Shown: positions 1 to 17,400 of the stretch, in pieces
Position numbering within the stretch: position 1 is the stretch's first letter
Layout: each line of letters opens with the position of its first letter
Origin: Marsupella aquatica
Lineage: Eukaryota > Plantae > Marchantiophyta
NCBI GenBank assembly: GCA_973895155.1
Contig: OZ316892.1
Coordinates: 1,863,223-1,927,222 of the forward strand
Direction: 5' to 3'
DNA length: 64,000 nucleotides
Notes under the pieces: model-generated
Database searches by the model: none
The model's input: only the letters and a program-made list of their open reading frames with translations
Told to the model about the DNA's origin: nothing
Program-made: the position numbers and the translations under genes

Positions 1-35
1 GTAGCCCACTCAGATATTTCATCTATAGTAGATTA

Positions 36-508
36 ATGGCATAAACGTATTGGCCATGTGAACTTTCAAAAACCTCACTTTATGACTGGCCAACATCTAA
101 TTAATGGGGTATCTGTTCTACCTCAGGTCAAGCATTTCTGCGACAATTGCATGTACTCATGCCAAGCAGACACGTGAGCGCTTCCCCAGGCACTCCCATT
201 TGAAGACCACCCAACCTGTTGAACTTGTTCACTCAGATGTCTGCGACCCTTTTTTGGCTGAGTCCCTTATTGGCACCAGATATTTTGTGACTTTCACCAA
301 TGACCTCACCAGATATACCTGGATCAACTATATTTCCTGCAAATTTGAAGTCTTCTATCATTGTCAAGATTTCAAGGCTATGATTGAAACACAATTTCAA
401 CTGAAATTTGGCTGTCTTTCATCTAATTTTGGCTGTGAGTACATATCACACGAGTCCATTGTTTTTGCACTGCACATGGAACTTTGCATTCAGCCACACC
501 GTTTCTGA
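36..508 (+). mobile_element. Ty1/Copia pol relic (GAG-pre-integrase plus N-terminal integrase core), frameshifted and truncated
   Basis: WHKRIGHVNF at about 36-65 matches the WHxRLGH motif. ORF 104-508 has ELVHSDVCDPF, RYFVTFTNDLTRYTWI and LSSNFGCEY (degenerate LRSDNGGEY). Confidence 0.85.
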
Positions 509-1732
509 TGTGAAGTGTATGCTGCAGTAAAGTGCCCTAGAATCCCATGTGCAGCGCAAAAACTGGTTACGTTTTTGCAAGGGAAAAACAAAACATTAAA
601 CCTAGTAATGAAAGGAAGAAATATATACCGTAGCTAGAATGAACTGGTATACCTTTCAAGATATTCTAAAACAGAAAACTTAAATCTCTTAGTGACATTT
701 CATAGAGAAAGAGAAGATATGCAACAGAGTGGGGATGACTGTCCACTTGTGTACCCATGGATTGCTAACAGTTTCATAGCAAGATTACGTTGTAATTAAC
801 TACTTTGCTACACTTTCCAGTAAATTACCTCAACCAATATAGGGCTGAAATGTTTTGTCGTGGTTAAAGAATGGCAGTCATTGAGTTTACCTTGCCCATG
901 ACTGACCGAGGGGGATACATTTGTCACAAAGGCTAAGCTAAAGACTAAATATATTAAGAAGATGATTGTATTACTCTGAGGATCAAAATGATGGCCAATG
1001 TCATTTTCCAATTATTCTTAAAAAAACAAAAGTTACCCAGACTTTAGTTGAAGAGAGTGGTGCATCATATATGGAATAATATTCCCTCTATCTCCAAAAA
1101 TTGTCTAGTTCCTTGCATCACTAAGTCAAGTCACTCTCCAAAAATGTGTTTGTGGTTTAGTAAACCAAATCTGACAATGGATCCACCGTGGCAAATCCCC
1201 AACCCCACAACCAACCATACTGGTTTGATAAACCCAATACTCTGGCTGGAACAATTTTCAAAATTCAAACTTGGCAGTCTACCAGGAAGGGGGATGTCAG
1301 CCTTTTTTTTAAACGGCCATTGTCCAAAAGGTTAGGGGAGGACAAGATAGTGTACTCTTTTTCTTAATTGAGAAAATTTTGGACTTGTTTTAGTAACCTG
1401 GATCCACCAGGTTTTGCTTAGGGGATAGTAAATGATAAGAGGGGTACGGGGAGGGGAACCACATTTGAGCAAGTCGCGCAGGGTTGCAAGTGTTAAGATG
1501 TCTGCTGTCCGGAAGGGAGCTGGAAAACTCTGGGTTTCTATTTTGATATTTTCTCTATATAATTCTTACAATTATTAGATGCTCCTGTGGCACAGAACAC
1601 ATTGAACTTGTTTGATACATTTATATAGACATGTCAACCCTTGTTAATGAAAACTATCCATCTGAAATTGGAACCCAAAGTCAAGGGCATCCAGAAGGGC
1701 ATTTGTGCAACATTCTCTCCCATTTCAATTTT

Positions 1733-1915
1733 TACGGACCCCACTAGAGGTCCCTTCCAAAATTTGAGACTCCACAGCGCGCCATGTCATCATGGCATGC
1801 TGCAAACAGGAAGAGATCTGTTTTTGGATAAAATTAACTTCTGCATTAGTGTTTGTGGCAACTTTTTTGTAAAAATTGGGACGCCATGCCGTAAAAAAGA
1901 ATGTAAAAAAATTGA
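1733..1915. repeat. Dispersed ~170-190 bp repeat, copy 1 (MITE-like, TTACGG...CCGTAA ends)
   Basis: Closely similar to 3240-3420 (acggaccccactagaggtcccttccaaaatt...atgccgtaa). Short inverted ends. Confidence 0.7.
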
Positions 1916-3239
1916 CATGCAAATCAAAAGACAAAAAGATTGAGATAAAGCTGCTCCCAGTAACGGTTTTATTTACATTTTCATTTTATTCAAAACATAA
2001 AACTTTCCTGGCAGCAATGTTTGATTTGACATTGTTGAGTCAAATCATAATGAAAACTCATGTATAATATGGGGTTGGAAGGATCTTGAAGAGACGGTCC
2101 TGGTGAGCTCAACATTGTCACCGTTCGATAAGAATTGAGTAAGTAGTTTGAAAAATAGATTCTACCCATGATTTTGTAATCTCTAACTGAATAGAAATCT
2201 TTGTTGTACAACCCCTGAAATGTTGACCCCTTCAGAATGAACCTAAAATTTACAGATTTTATCGAGTACTAAGGAGATTATGATTTTTAGAATTTCTTTG
2301 AGGCTTTTTAATGAACTTAACTTTGATAGATTTAGTTGAGTTCTGAGGAGATTATAAGTTTCCAATGTTCGAATTCTCTAGATTTCCATTGAGTGTGACA
2401 TTGGGGGATTTTATCAAGTACTAAAGTGGTCATGAGTTTCTAAATTTCTCTAGCTTTCAATCGATTCCAAATTCCACAATTGGAGATTTGTTTCCATGAA
2501 ACTTTTTGTCCTAAACAATTATGCGAAGTTAGTAATTTGATGACACCGATGACTTCTCTCTTCGTCTATCTGCGTGTAGGAATTGAAAAGTGATTACTCT
2601 CGATGCAACTTGAGTGCATATATCCAGCATCCCTACGGTATTGTGGAGGAACCGTCGAGCACCGTTTTGCTGAAGTGGACAATTAAGCTACCCACACATT
2701 AAACAGTAGTTCACATTGCAGCTAGTTTTGTGATTTATGTTAATTATACAACTTTGGTAAGTTTGGCAACTGTTTCAAGTGTCAAACATTGACTTGTCCA
2801 TTTTTGAATTTATTTTTCTTTAGATTTGGAGGTCCATCTAGGCTTCAGTTTCTAGATAACTGCCTCTAAAATAACATGGGTTTCCACGGATTAATTTACC
2901 CCAGCTCATGGTGTCAATGGAAGGTGAACAAATGTCAAATGGGTTTCAATCCAAATTGCAAATTTCAAGTTTCTAAAACTATGCTAGCCAGGGTAAAGTA
3001 GTTGGATTTCTTAAAACCAGGATGGTTACTTATGGGGTTGGGTGTTTCCCTTGGTTTTGTTTGGTCTATTTGACCACATTAGCTTGACTGCTTGTTCTTT
3101 GAGCAAGCTAGAGGTGAGGATCAGCCATTTTTCTAGTTTGAACATTACCCAAGGTGGCTACAATTTTATACTACAGACAAGCGCAGGTCTGGTTATGGAT
3201 TTTGTTTCAATTATACAATAAATTTTTGATGGGCCTAGT

Positions 3240-3420
3240 TACGGACCCCACTAGAGGTCCCTTCCAAAATTCAAGACTCCACAGCATGCCATGTCATCAT
3301 GACGCGCTGCAAACAGGTTCGGATTGGTTTACAAAATAAAATTACTTCAATATTTGTGTTTGTGGCAGGATTTTGGTAAAATTGAGGACGTCATGCCGTA
3401 AACTTTGATGTAAAAATGTT
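3240..3420. repeat. Dispersed ~170-190 bp repeat, copy 2
   Basis: Direct copy of 1733-1915. Confidence 0.7.
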
Positions 3421-6078
3421 TCAAAAATAACTGTTTTATTTACCCTGAGTAACCTACTGTTCAATTAGTAGTAGGCCCACCCTCTGTTTTATTTATCCTG
3501 AGTAACCGACTGCCCACCCTCATTCTGAATTGTGGTTCAATTGAGTAAGTAAATCTCTCTCCACAAGTTCTGCAACTTGAGCACTGATGACAAAGTAGAC
3601 AAAGTAATCAATGACGGGCTCTCAAAGTAGACAAAGTAATCAATTGTCTGGACCGGTCTTTCTGTAAGAGCAGAAAAGAAAGGAGAACAGAGATGGTCTT
3701 TGTGTCGTGACAATTTTCTCAACATTCTGCTGCCACTAGCTTTTTAAGAAGAAGGAAAAAGTGGACAGAATTCTATGCCCCTAAGTATGCGATCCGATTG
3801 ACGAAGGCCCGCTTCAGCGTAATCATCACCTACATCGTCAATACTATCTCGAGAAAAACAAAAAACTAACACACCCAGAGACTATGACTGGGACTCAATG
3901 CCATTCGGAAGGAGTAGGACTCATTGCCTCACTTCATCAATCACAAGCAAATTACTTGAAATTGCGGAACATTACTCAATCAAAACAGATGGGGGTCCAT
4001 GAACTAATTACCTTGGTGAACTTGTCATCTATATACAAAACCGTGGTATTTTTGCAAATACAGAAAACCGTGGTAATATTGTCAATTAGAATATCTTTAG
4101 TGGCAAAGTACTTAAAAGCTAAATAAATGCATGCAATGATGTGGCCATGGTGGGGTTGCGGTGAGGGTTGAGGGATGGTTGGGGTCGTGGCAGACACAAA
4201 TTTGCACAGTCCAACCATGGTCGCATGATAGGAGAATTTGTTTTTTATAAATTGCTTCTCATATTTTCTTTTTCGTTCTATTTGTGTTTTTTGGCCTTTT
4301 AGTTTTTCTGTCTTTTGTCTTTTTGTCTTTATTGCATTTGTTTTATTTTTCCGTTTTCTTTTATTCTCTTATTATGTTAGATTTTAGCTTTTATCTGAAA
4401 TAAACCCAAGATGGACCTCCACTTTGTCTATGAAGGTTAGCCCAGATGAACTGGCAAAGCTTGGATGGACTTGCTCAGAACATTCGAACTAACTCAGATG
4501 ACACTTTACATTATTATTTTATTGAAATGTGACCTGTAAAAGGTCTCCTTATCGTTTGTAGCTACATCAAGACATCATGCCATTACTCCATTACTCAAGA
4601 TCACCATGACGTCCTAATTACTTTATCCCCAAGGTAGTCAAAGCCATCAACTATGATCCACAACCGGTTCTTTTTCACTTTTGGTGTAAAAGCGACAATT
4701 GCTTTACTCAGTCCATGGGGATGGGCAGGGACAATGTCTTGGTCCATTCGGGCTTTTGTTTCCTTTTATCTACATCAGTTTCCCTTTTCCTTTTTTGACT
4801 TTTTTTGTATTTTTGTATTTGTACCTTTGTACATTTGGGGGTCACTCTATAAAGGGGCCTACATTGAGAGTGATGGTTTTAGGTCTAGAACCCCTAAATT
4901 ATAAGTGAATTTTTCTCCCTCGCCCTTACTTTAAAGCCGCCAATTTTTATCATGTTTCTTAAGAAAAGTTTTGTTTTGAATTAATCAATCAATGCCTATA
5001 AAGAAAAGATAAGTATCTTATAAGTTAGAGCCCAAAATTTTGTGATCATTCAATTTGTTTTGCCTTTTCTTTTGATGCAATTTACTCTCAAATTTACTCT
5101 GCTTCTCCACTTGATAGTACATCTTACTTCTCCTGTACAGTCCATAGACCATAAAACTAAATGATTATGCATATTATTGTATGGTTGTCCAACCAACCAT
5201 CAACTTGTCTATGTTGCTTTTTGAACTCTCAAATAGTGTAGCATGGTGGTACCTACACTATGAATAGGAAACTAGACACTATTGGTTGCCTACTCAAGGC
5301 ATCAATTCTCTACCTTGCTTCACAAATGGTTGAATGACTAGATTATTTTCATATAACATAGGGAAATTGAGCCTAAGGGAACTTACGACTCATTTGCTTC
5401 AGCTTGATCATAGCCTCAAAAAAGAAGCAGAGGTGACCTTCACAACATATCACTTAAATGCAAAAGAAAGGTTCTCCTGATGCAAGTGGGGCATTGAACA
5501 CTTCAACATTGGGTTTAGCACAGGATTTTCATGGACAGTTCTATGATAATGATAGAGTAAAACAAATACAAAGTACAACCTACTGTAGTTGTTCTTCAAA
5601 CAACTATTAATGCTCTTACTTGCAATTATGAACAATAGTGAAAATAACACATACAATGCAAGACACAAAAAACCTCTTGGATATGAAAACTCATTCAAGC
5701 TTTTGCCTTCCTTCTTCACCCTTCCTGGTTTAATTGTCTTCCTTCTCTTCTCACGCATAAAAATTAGAAACATTTATCCTATTGAGCCAGACAGAAAGGG
5801 CATTTAAATACACGATAGCAAAACGGACAACAACAGATGTCCATGACAAACAAAAAAGTCTGCTCCAAGACCTCCACAATGGGGTCCACAATGCGTGCCA
5901 CTAAGTCAATGCGTGCCACTAAGAGGCCATGGCTGTAACCCCAAGCTCAGGGTTCACCTTCCTAGGGGATTAGATCCTATAATCCCATTAGGGAGTGTCA
6001 AAACAACATCATAACTGAGATACAGCCAAGGCCATGAAACTATTTTATGGCCAAGACATAAAGGAGATATGGGCTACC

Positions 6079-6407
6079 TGTTGGGAACACATGCACAATA
6101 CACATCAACCAAGAGCATAACCATCAAGCAAACATACACACCGACACCAAGATACGTGGTTCACCTTTGTCAAGTCTAAGTCCACAAAATGCTAGGGCTT
6201 TACTAAGCTTTGGTCACCATGGTCACACAAAGCCTCATTGTACAAGCTCTCCTCCTAGCTCCTAGCTAGTTCACTCAACAATGAGCATGAGTTTCCCTAG
6301 CTCCTCTATATCCTAGATACTAGGGTCACGGTTAAACATCATTAACACCCTAATGTTGTATTAGCCTAAGTCACTAAGTTAGCCAAAGACTAGAGTTAAC
6401 CCTAACA
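6079..6407. mobile_element. Probable solo LTR
   Basis: TGTTGGG...CCCTAACA termini, near-matching 5-bp flanks CTACC/CAACC, and an internal ccaagatacgtggttc motif reminiscent of plant Copia LTRs. Confidence 0.4.
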
Positions 6408-6522
6408 CAACCTAAATGCAAAGCCCATTAGAATCTTACATCTAAAAAATTTAGGCCCATAATACTTTGCTTATGGCATAGGGTGTGTCAAAGCAGAGCT
6501 TTAACTCTCTTACGGCCAGGAC

Positions 6523-6642
6523 AAATCACTATGGGCTACCAAAATAAGTACACCATAAAGTTGATATGTCCAGAAAAATATAGACAAATCACTATGGGCT
6601 ACCAAAATAAGTACCCCATAAAGTTGATATGTCCAGAAAAAT
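6523..6642. repeat. Tandem duplication, 2 x ~62 bp
   Basis: acaaatcactatgggctaccaaaataagtac...gatatgtccagaaaaata occurs twice. Confidence 0.8.
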
Positions 6643-7435
6643 AAAGCGGTAAAAATTTGGTTTGGTTATGGGAGAACTATACGCCCTATTGGGGCCATGG
6701 GTTACTCTACACCCACAGCACACCTGACATGTCAACACTTATGGGGAATGTGAAATGTTAATCAATGAGAATCTCCTGTAGAAACACAACACTGAGGGGT
6801 TTGAGCTGAGCCTAGAGAAGTAGAGAACAGAAGGAAGGAGTGTATTTGATCCCTCAGAGGACGACGATGGAGTCCCAGAAATGAGGTATGTTGTTCTAGC
6901 CTGTGCAGCTACCTCTCGCTCCGTCTCTCATGGATTCTTTGGGAGCTTTAGCAATGTTAGCTGTACTAGCACTCCGTCTCTTTCGATTCATTCGCAACTA
7001 GGTGTAAAGCATTCTCTCAAGCTCCGCAGGTAATTCCCAGTTCTACTAACACTCTGTCTCGTTGATTTGGCTCGCAACTAGGGTTCAGGATTTGTTCCAA
7101 ATCTCCGCACAGAAACCTTTGCTTTACAAACACTCCGTCTGTGCAGGTTTTCGAGGTTTCAGTGATCTTCAAAATTGACAGCTAAATTGCTACTGCAATT
7201 TCTGCAATGATGCTCCTGGAGTTCACTTCTACGTTCTGGAGCAATCGGTACTCGCGGTTCTCGCGGTCGAACAAGCAACTTAAAAAAAACTGAGGAATCT
7301 GCATAATCTCGCCCGGTGTCTTCGCCTGTCCCCTGCAATTCTCCCTGCGGACGGACAGACAACAATTTTTATCTCGGAACAGTCCTCATTTCGCTCCGGA
7401 ATTGTAGTTGTACTTACTGCAGTGATCAAGGAGAA

Positions 7436-8930
7436 ATGTCTGTCAAGTCCAGACTTCCGTATAGCAGCAGGTACATCTGCGTCTGCATGACATCTTGTTT
7501 TAATTTCCAATCGAAGCGAGGATGTGCCATTTTGTTGTCTGTGTTCTGTAGACTGTTCGTTGCGCAGTAATTCAAATACTAGGGATGCTATCCCAGCCAT
7601 AGTCCTTTTGCTTTCGAAAAAGAAATATTTGCAATATTAACAGGAGCAATGAACTTCATCGTGTTTTATTGATCGATTGCTTTAAGAAGTCTCCTCACAC
7701 AAAATTCAATTGACTTTGGTGAGTTGTTTGGATTCGGGGAACTCTACAGAGACAAACTCAGTGGCAGATATCCCAGCCTGAATGACGGGCAGCTTTCAGT
7801 GAGAGTGGATCCTATCCAACGTGACGCTGATGAAGAAATCAGTGGTTTACATGAAAAAGTCCATCGGCTGAAGCATGTATGTAGAGAATTTATTTTTATT
7901 TTTATTGTGTTGGTTTGTTTTGATCACATACTGCACCAAGGATATGTCGTGGCCCTGTCGCTGGATTGAACGTACTCGAATGGTAACGGAGCAAATGGAC
8001 ACCGTGCGTGAGTTTCCCATTACGATGTGATTCAAGAGTTGTTAACGTTAACAGAGCAGATTAGACATCCCAACCCATCCGCGAGTTGTTTCAGTTCAAA
8101 TTGCTTTCACTATGACCCTTTGCCTCACCTGAATATAAGGAAGGGGATCTGCACTTGCAGAAAAGAAGTAGAGAATGCTGGTGGGCATTGAAGGACATCT
8201 CACTAACATCTAGAAAAATGCTTCCAACTGGATTTTGCTTCAATAATGTAAATAAGTGCTGCAGCTATGCTACTCTTTTGTGTAAGGACGAGTGCTTCCT
8301 GTTGAAATCCACATAATCATCCTCACCAGGAACTAGGTTGGGTTAAACCTTTTGAAATCCTCTATGGCTCTATGACATTCTTTGTCGTACGATGCAGGTC
8401 GCTCAGGTTATCGAAAGTGAGACGAAGTTTCAAAATGAGCTTCTCAACCAGCTTGTACGTTTGAATGTTCCTTAAGACTTCCATGTTGACTGTGACTTCT
8501 AGGCTGTGGTGCTCTTTGATATTACTTACAGTTATTGGCTTCAAAATTGTTTAAATAATTTTATGATCAGCCACTCGGCCCCCACACAGCAATCCAGATG
8601 TCCTCTTAGGTCAGAGTGTAGCGTGCTCCTCTTATCAGATACGATGAAGAAGTCAAGGTTGAAATGGATTTGGTAGGAGTTCCTCATATCGCAGAAGGTG
8701 CGTTGAGGTATTGTTCCAAGCTCTTTGGAATAGTTCCCTGATGTGGTCTGGGTTTGATTGTTCAGGAGGGCACTATGCTCAAAGCACAAGCAGGACTAAA
8801 GAGCACTATGAAAAGGATGAACAGAAGTATCATTCAGAATGGGTCAAATCATCTGATGCATGTTATCCTCTTCGTGTTTCTGTGCGTCTTCTTCATCGTC
8901 ATTTGGGCAAAGTTCTTCCGATCATCGTGA
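7436..8930 (+). CDS. Bet1/SFT1-like Golgi Qc-SNARE, 4 coding exons
   Basis: Exons 7436-7470, 7750-7876, 8398-8454, 8766-8930, all GT-AG and in phase. Protein MSVKSRLPYSSRDKLSG..VRVDPIQRDADEEISGLHEKVHRLKHVAQVIESETKFQNELLNQLEGTMLKAQAGLK..NHLMHVILFVFLCVFFIVIWAKFFRSS* has a SNARE coil and C-terminal TM and resembles plant Bet1-like At4g14600. Confidence 0.9.
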
Positions 8931-10030
8931 GGTGCAGTCTTTCATGTACAGCGAGGCAAAGCGGATTGTAGTTGCACCAGGCAAGCCCTTATTCTAAGTC
9001 GGCCAATTACATCTTCAAAGTGAAGTCTTTGGGTTGGTGACCAGAAAGATGTGATTCTATTCTCTACATTGAGAACTATTTGGGGCACAAAACAACGAAT
9101 CACTCTTTCTTGAAAACAGACATCTCAACACTCCCTCTGGCATGTCAGATGTGAATAAATAAGAAACCCAGGAACGCTCGTCCAGACTTGTCAATAGACA
9201 ATAACATCGAGGCCTTTGAGCATAGGTCAATTATTGTCCTTACTGTGGATTGAGACGAGAGACTTTCTTATGGTGTTTCAGTACTATAGCCACATGTCAG
9301 CTGTGAATTTACAAAACATGTCATCATTGTGTTCGGCCAGGGACGCTGAATATTGCTTTGAAGCGCACTCTGTCACAGTTTGGGTGGAAAGGGAAAAAAC
9401 GGGGATCGGGGGATTCAAGGATTTTGGAGATTTACATGCAAAAATCATGCGTATATTACAGTCCTTTATCTCCACAAAGTGTACATTCTTTCGCCACTTG
9501 GAATGGTGAATGGGTGTTTCCTTTTGTCATTGTTTTCGTTTAGGTGTGCGACCATTACGAAGTTGTTCCATGGCATCTCTTTGGGTTTCTGCGTTTTCTA
9601 CATGTAATTGGGTGTTTCACTCGTCGATGATAACAGTGCCTCGATAGATAGAGGGTGCAGGAAGAGCAACCACGTGAGGGTTGTGCAGTTAATGCACCAG
9701 ATGTAGGTGGACGCGAATTTCCATCACCTTCGATAAAAATTATAACTCTTTGTATACTGACCAAGTTCTCTACAGTTCCGTTCGAGCCAAAGCAAGTTTC
9801 AGCCAAAGCTTTGACATGCTGACAGGGGGTGATGGATAGTTGCACTAATTCTAATCCTGACAAAGGGAAACTCCACCACAGTTTGTGACTAAACTCAAGC
9901 TGTACCGCATGGGACATCATTCAGATTCAAAAGACGTGCAAGAAAGTCATTGCACATAATTTCGTGAGGGATGAACCAAAGTCCTCAATCCAACTTGTTA
10001 CGTCCTTCATTGAGACGAAATTTGTCATGG

Positions 10031-10311
10031 CTGATTCATCGTAAGCAACTTTGCAATGCTTGGAACAAGAAGTGGAAATCCTTCCTCGTTAACACAGTAA
10101 TCCTATCTGTACACGAGCACTCTCCTCACGAACCTAATAGGTCCTTTATTTCCACAATGCAGCAAAGAGCCTGATTCATCGTCATCAACATTGCAATGCT
10201 TAGAACAAGAAGTGGAAATCCTTCCTCGTTAACACAGTTATCCTATCTGTACACGAGCACTCTCCTAACGAAACTAAAAGGTCCTTTATCTCCACATTGC
10301 GGCAAAGAGCC
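10031..10311. repeat. Tandem duplication, 2 x ~140 bp, downstream of HEMB
   Basis: ctgattcatcgt...gaacaagaagtggaaatccttcctcgttaacacag...gcaaagagcc occurs twice. Confidence 0.85.
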
Positions 10312-10586
10312 AGGGCAGTTGACAAAACTCACAATCATAAGACCCCAGAATATCGAAAACAACCACAGAAACATCCGCTAATTCTCCGCTTCTCCATGGT
10401 CTTGATCTACAGATGTGGTTCTGAGTACTAATCTCACTCAGCGACGATGAACTTCGGAGTCACCTTAACCTTGAAACTTGCCTTGAGGAGGAGCGCAGGA
10501 GGGAATAAAATATTAGTATTACTGCCAACTTTCTTTAGTCTGCACTAATATCCATGACTACTTACTGCTCTGAGTAGAGTCCCACT

Positions 10587-14070
<3,484 letters not shown>

Positions 14071-14499
14071 TGCTCTCTCTCTCGCACGCTCACTCGACAA
14101 GATTTGGCTCGCTCTCGCACACTCACTCGATGAATTTGCTCTATCGTTTGGCTTCAGCGAGGCGAGCGAGGGGAGGGGTCGAAGGAGCGGAGGAACGTGT
14201 AGGGTAATCCCCAAGAGGGGGTAATGGGATGTAATCCCTGAGCGGGGGTTACAGGGGGTTACATTCATTACCCACGAGTGTGGATGAGTTACAGAGCGTA
14301 AAGCCTGAGTGAAGGTTTACACAACATTTAGTTCACTTTGACACAATAAAAATCTGATCCATCACTCTCTGCCACTCGGAGTTACCCTATTTCTCATTCA
14401 AATTTCATAATCCCCAGGCCAGGTTGGCCCAGGGGTTCCATGGCTTCACCTGGGGGTAATGTCTCATAACCTGGTACACAGAAAAAAAATCACGAGGGG

Positions 14500-17400
14500 T
14501 TTATGGAGGGCGAGCGCTGAGTGGCGAGGAGCGAGGCGGAGGGCGCCCGTGGCGGGGAGCGGCGAGCGGTACGTTTTGGGAGGCACGGGGGTAATAATAA
14601 TGAGGGTCCTTCGACTCCCTGGAGCGGAGGGTCGTCAGCCAGGGCTGATGCTCCCAGCTCGGCCCTGCGCCCGGGAAGGTCAGCCCCCCCTTAGGTTTGG
14701 TGGGGTTTTTTGGGTTGGCGGCCCTGGTTTTCCTTTGCGGTGTTGTGCTCTGTGGCCCTGGATCTGGTTCGGTTGGTGGGCTGGGCCCCACCTTAGGCGG
14801 TACCCGTCTGCACTCTGGCTCTGCACTTGCGGGTTTCTCGTTCAGTCATTGGAGGCGTTCCTTGGGGTCACTAGGTTTCTGTGTTCAGCATGGCTTGCCA
14901 CTACCGGGTTGAGGTTCTTTGACTTGGACATCCATCCCTTGTTTCTTCATTTCTGCTTTTCTGCTCATGTTTTCTGGTGTGGTTCTTGTACTCTTTTCTC
15001 ATTGTTCCTTTCCTTTCCGTTTCATTTATTTTCTTTTCCTTTGTCCCCACCCTTTATCCCAACATTTTCCCAGCATTTTCCCATGGAACCTCCCTCCTAT
15101 CCTAGTTCCCACCCTACCACTCTTGTCCCTTTGGCTTCACCATCCTCCACCCCTCATTCAGCTCGCCGGATCTGTCCCTCTTCCCCCCCACTTCTCCTTC
15201 TGATTCCCGTGTCCAGTGTGATGCTTGTCACAGTTGGTACCAACCATCTGGTCTCACTCGTCAACGTCGTTCATGTCCTGCTCTTCGTGCTTCTATCACC
15301 GGCTACTTGCGTTGGCCTCTAGGGCCTTTGAGGTTGAGGAGGATCCGTTGGTCCCTCCTGTACAGTGCCGCTTTCGCCAATGCCTCTTGTTGGGACAGGA
15401 GGGGGAGTTCTCTCAGGCCGCACGTTCCTTGGTTCCCCTTTCTCCCTCTCCCCCTTCGGTCGAGACTGTTGCGGCCCTATGGTCCCTTCATCCCCCGGCT
15501 TCTTGCGCAGTTCTAGGTTTCATTGGGAGTTTCTCTCTGGAGGTTGAGTTCTCCCCTCGGGGGGTTAACTAAGTGTATATTTTGGGGTACCACGTGTGAT
15601 CCTAGCCTAATATAAATAGACTTATTTTATAAAGAAAATATTCCAAGAATATTCTCCATTTTCAATATTAATAACCTATTTTATTTTATTAAAAGTATAT
15701 ATTAGAGAATATTCTATAAACATGAGTTTATAATACCTTCTTTTGCCTCCTACGCTTTTTAAAAATTTAGTTAATTTCTATCAAAAATACCTATTTTGGA
15801 TCGCACGTGGTTCCTAAGATTTTTGATAGTCAACCCCCCGAGGTTCTCCCTTTCCCACAAGATTTCTTCCTCTATCTTCCTTCATTTGCCCCGTCTTTCC
15901 GCTGGGGGCATCTCTGAGATGAGGTTTGAGCACCTCAGGGACTGCTTCTCCCCCGATGACTCGGCGTCGGGTTTCCCGGAGTTGTTCCAGGTGTGTGCTC
16001 ATGTTGCAGGTGGCCGCATTCCGCCTGTTGTTGCTCGGCTCTTGGGGGCGTGCCGGCTCATGGCTTTGGCCAAGGAGACGGGAGGTGTTTGACCCCTGGC
16101 CATTGGGGAGGTCCTATATTGTTTGGTTAGCCATTGCATTTGTTTACATATGAGAGCCCCGTTTGCATCACACTTCTTCCCCCACCAGTTTGGCGTGGCC
16201 ACCCCGGGCGGTTGTGAGAGTGTGGTACATGGCTTGCGTGCCGTTTTGGACCTCCACCCTGATTTGGGGGTCATTCAGGTGGATGTAGCCAATGCCTTCA
16301 ACTCTATCTCCCGTCGTGTGATTTTCAAGGAGCTTCGGGATGTTGGGGGGGAGATTGCATTCCTCATCCCTTTTGCTCGCGCTTTTTATGGGACCCCAGC
16401 CCCTTTGGTCTACTTTGACCATCTAGCGTCTGGGACATACTCCACCATTATGTCAGAGTCGGCACTCGGCAAGGGGATCCCCTTGGTGGAGCATTGTTTG
16501 CCTTGGCTCATCTTCGGGCCATCCGGGCATCTTCCGGTGCCTTTCCAGGTTGCTTGTTCCCCTCTGTCGCTAATGATACTCACATTGTTGCTCCTGCTTT
16601 GCTTCTCAGAGTTGCCTATGTCCATTTTGTTCAACAGCTTACCATTATTGGTTTGTCAGTACAGCCTAGGAAGTGTGGGGTCTGGTCCCGTCTTCCTCTC
16701 CCGGACTCATTCACCCCCCCTCTTGATATCCCTATTAGACATGATGGCATTCGGGTCCTTGGAGTGCCGTTTGTGGGGTTGGTCTTTGAGCAGGAGTTTC
16801 TACAGTCCGCCTTGGACCAAGATGTTTTACACCTTGACCAGCTGGTGGCTTTGGGAGATGTCCAAATTGCCTTCTTGATTTTGGTTTTGTGTTTTGTTCG
16901 TCGACCATCCTACCTTCTGCGGACAGTCCCTCCCACCCGATGTTTTTGTCCTTGCTCTCTTCCTTCGACACGATGGTGATGCGGGTCTTTGGTCACCTCA
17001 TTGGTCCGGGAGCCCTTGATGGAGAGGATGGTTCTTTTGCGGCTAGGCAGGCGTCTCTGCCCCCATTGGGAGGTGGTTTGGGGGTGTCCTCTGCTGTGGT
17101 TGCTGCTCCTTGTGCGTTTCTTGGCAGTTGGGCGCAGGTGGCCCCCGCCTTGGCGTCGCGTTTCATTGTGGACCTTCGGCCTATCCTCTCTGACTCAGTC
17201 ATGGGAGTGGAGAATGAAGCTCTCCCTTTTCAGGTCCAGCTCTGTCATGCCCGGTCCTTATTACCGGAGGATGTGCAGAGTGTGATCCCTGCTTTTGAGG
17301 GAGTTATTTTGGACAGTCCTGACCAAGTTCAACAGGTGATCTCTGATCGCATGCACCGATACACCCTGTCTAGCATGCTTTCCGATGCACCTTTAATTTG

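Noticed and set aside
5150-5450. hAT transposase relic on the minus strand
   Set aside because: Only faint peptide resemblance with many stops; not supportable without an HMM search.
14459-15322. 287-aa ORF as an independent gene
   Set aside because: Low-complexity reading through the retroelement leader; only its tail (from MEPPSY) plausibly belongs to the TE ORF.
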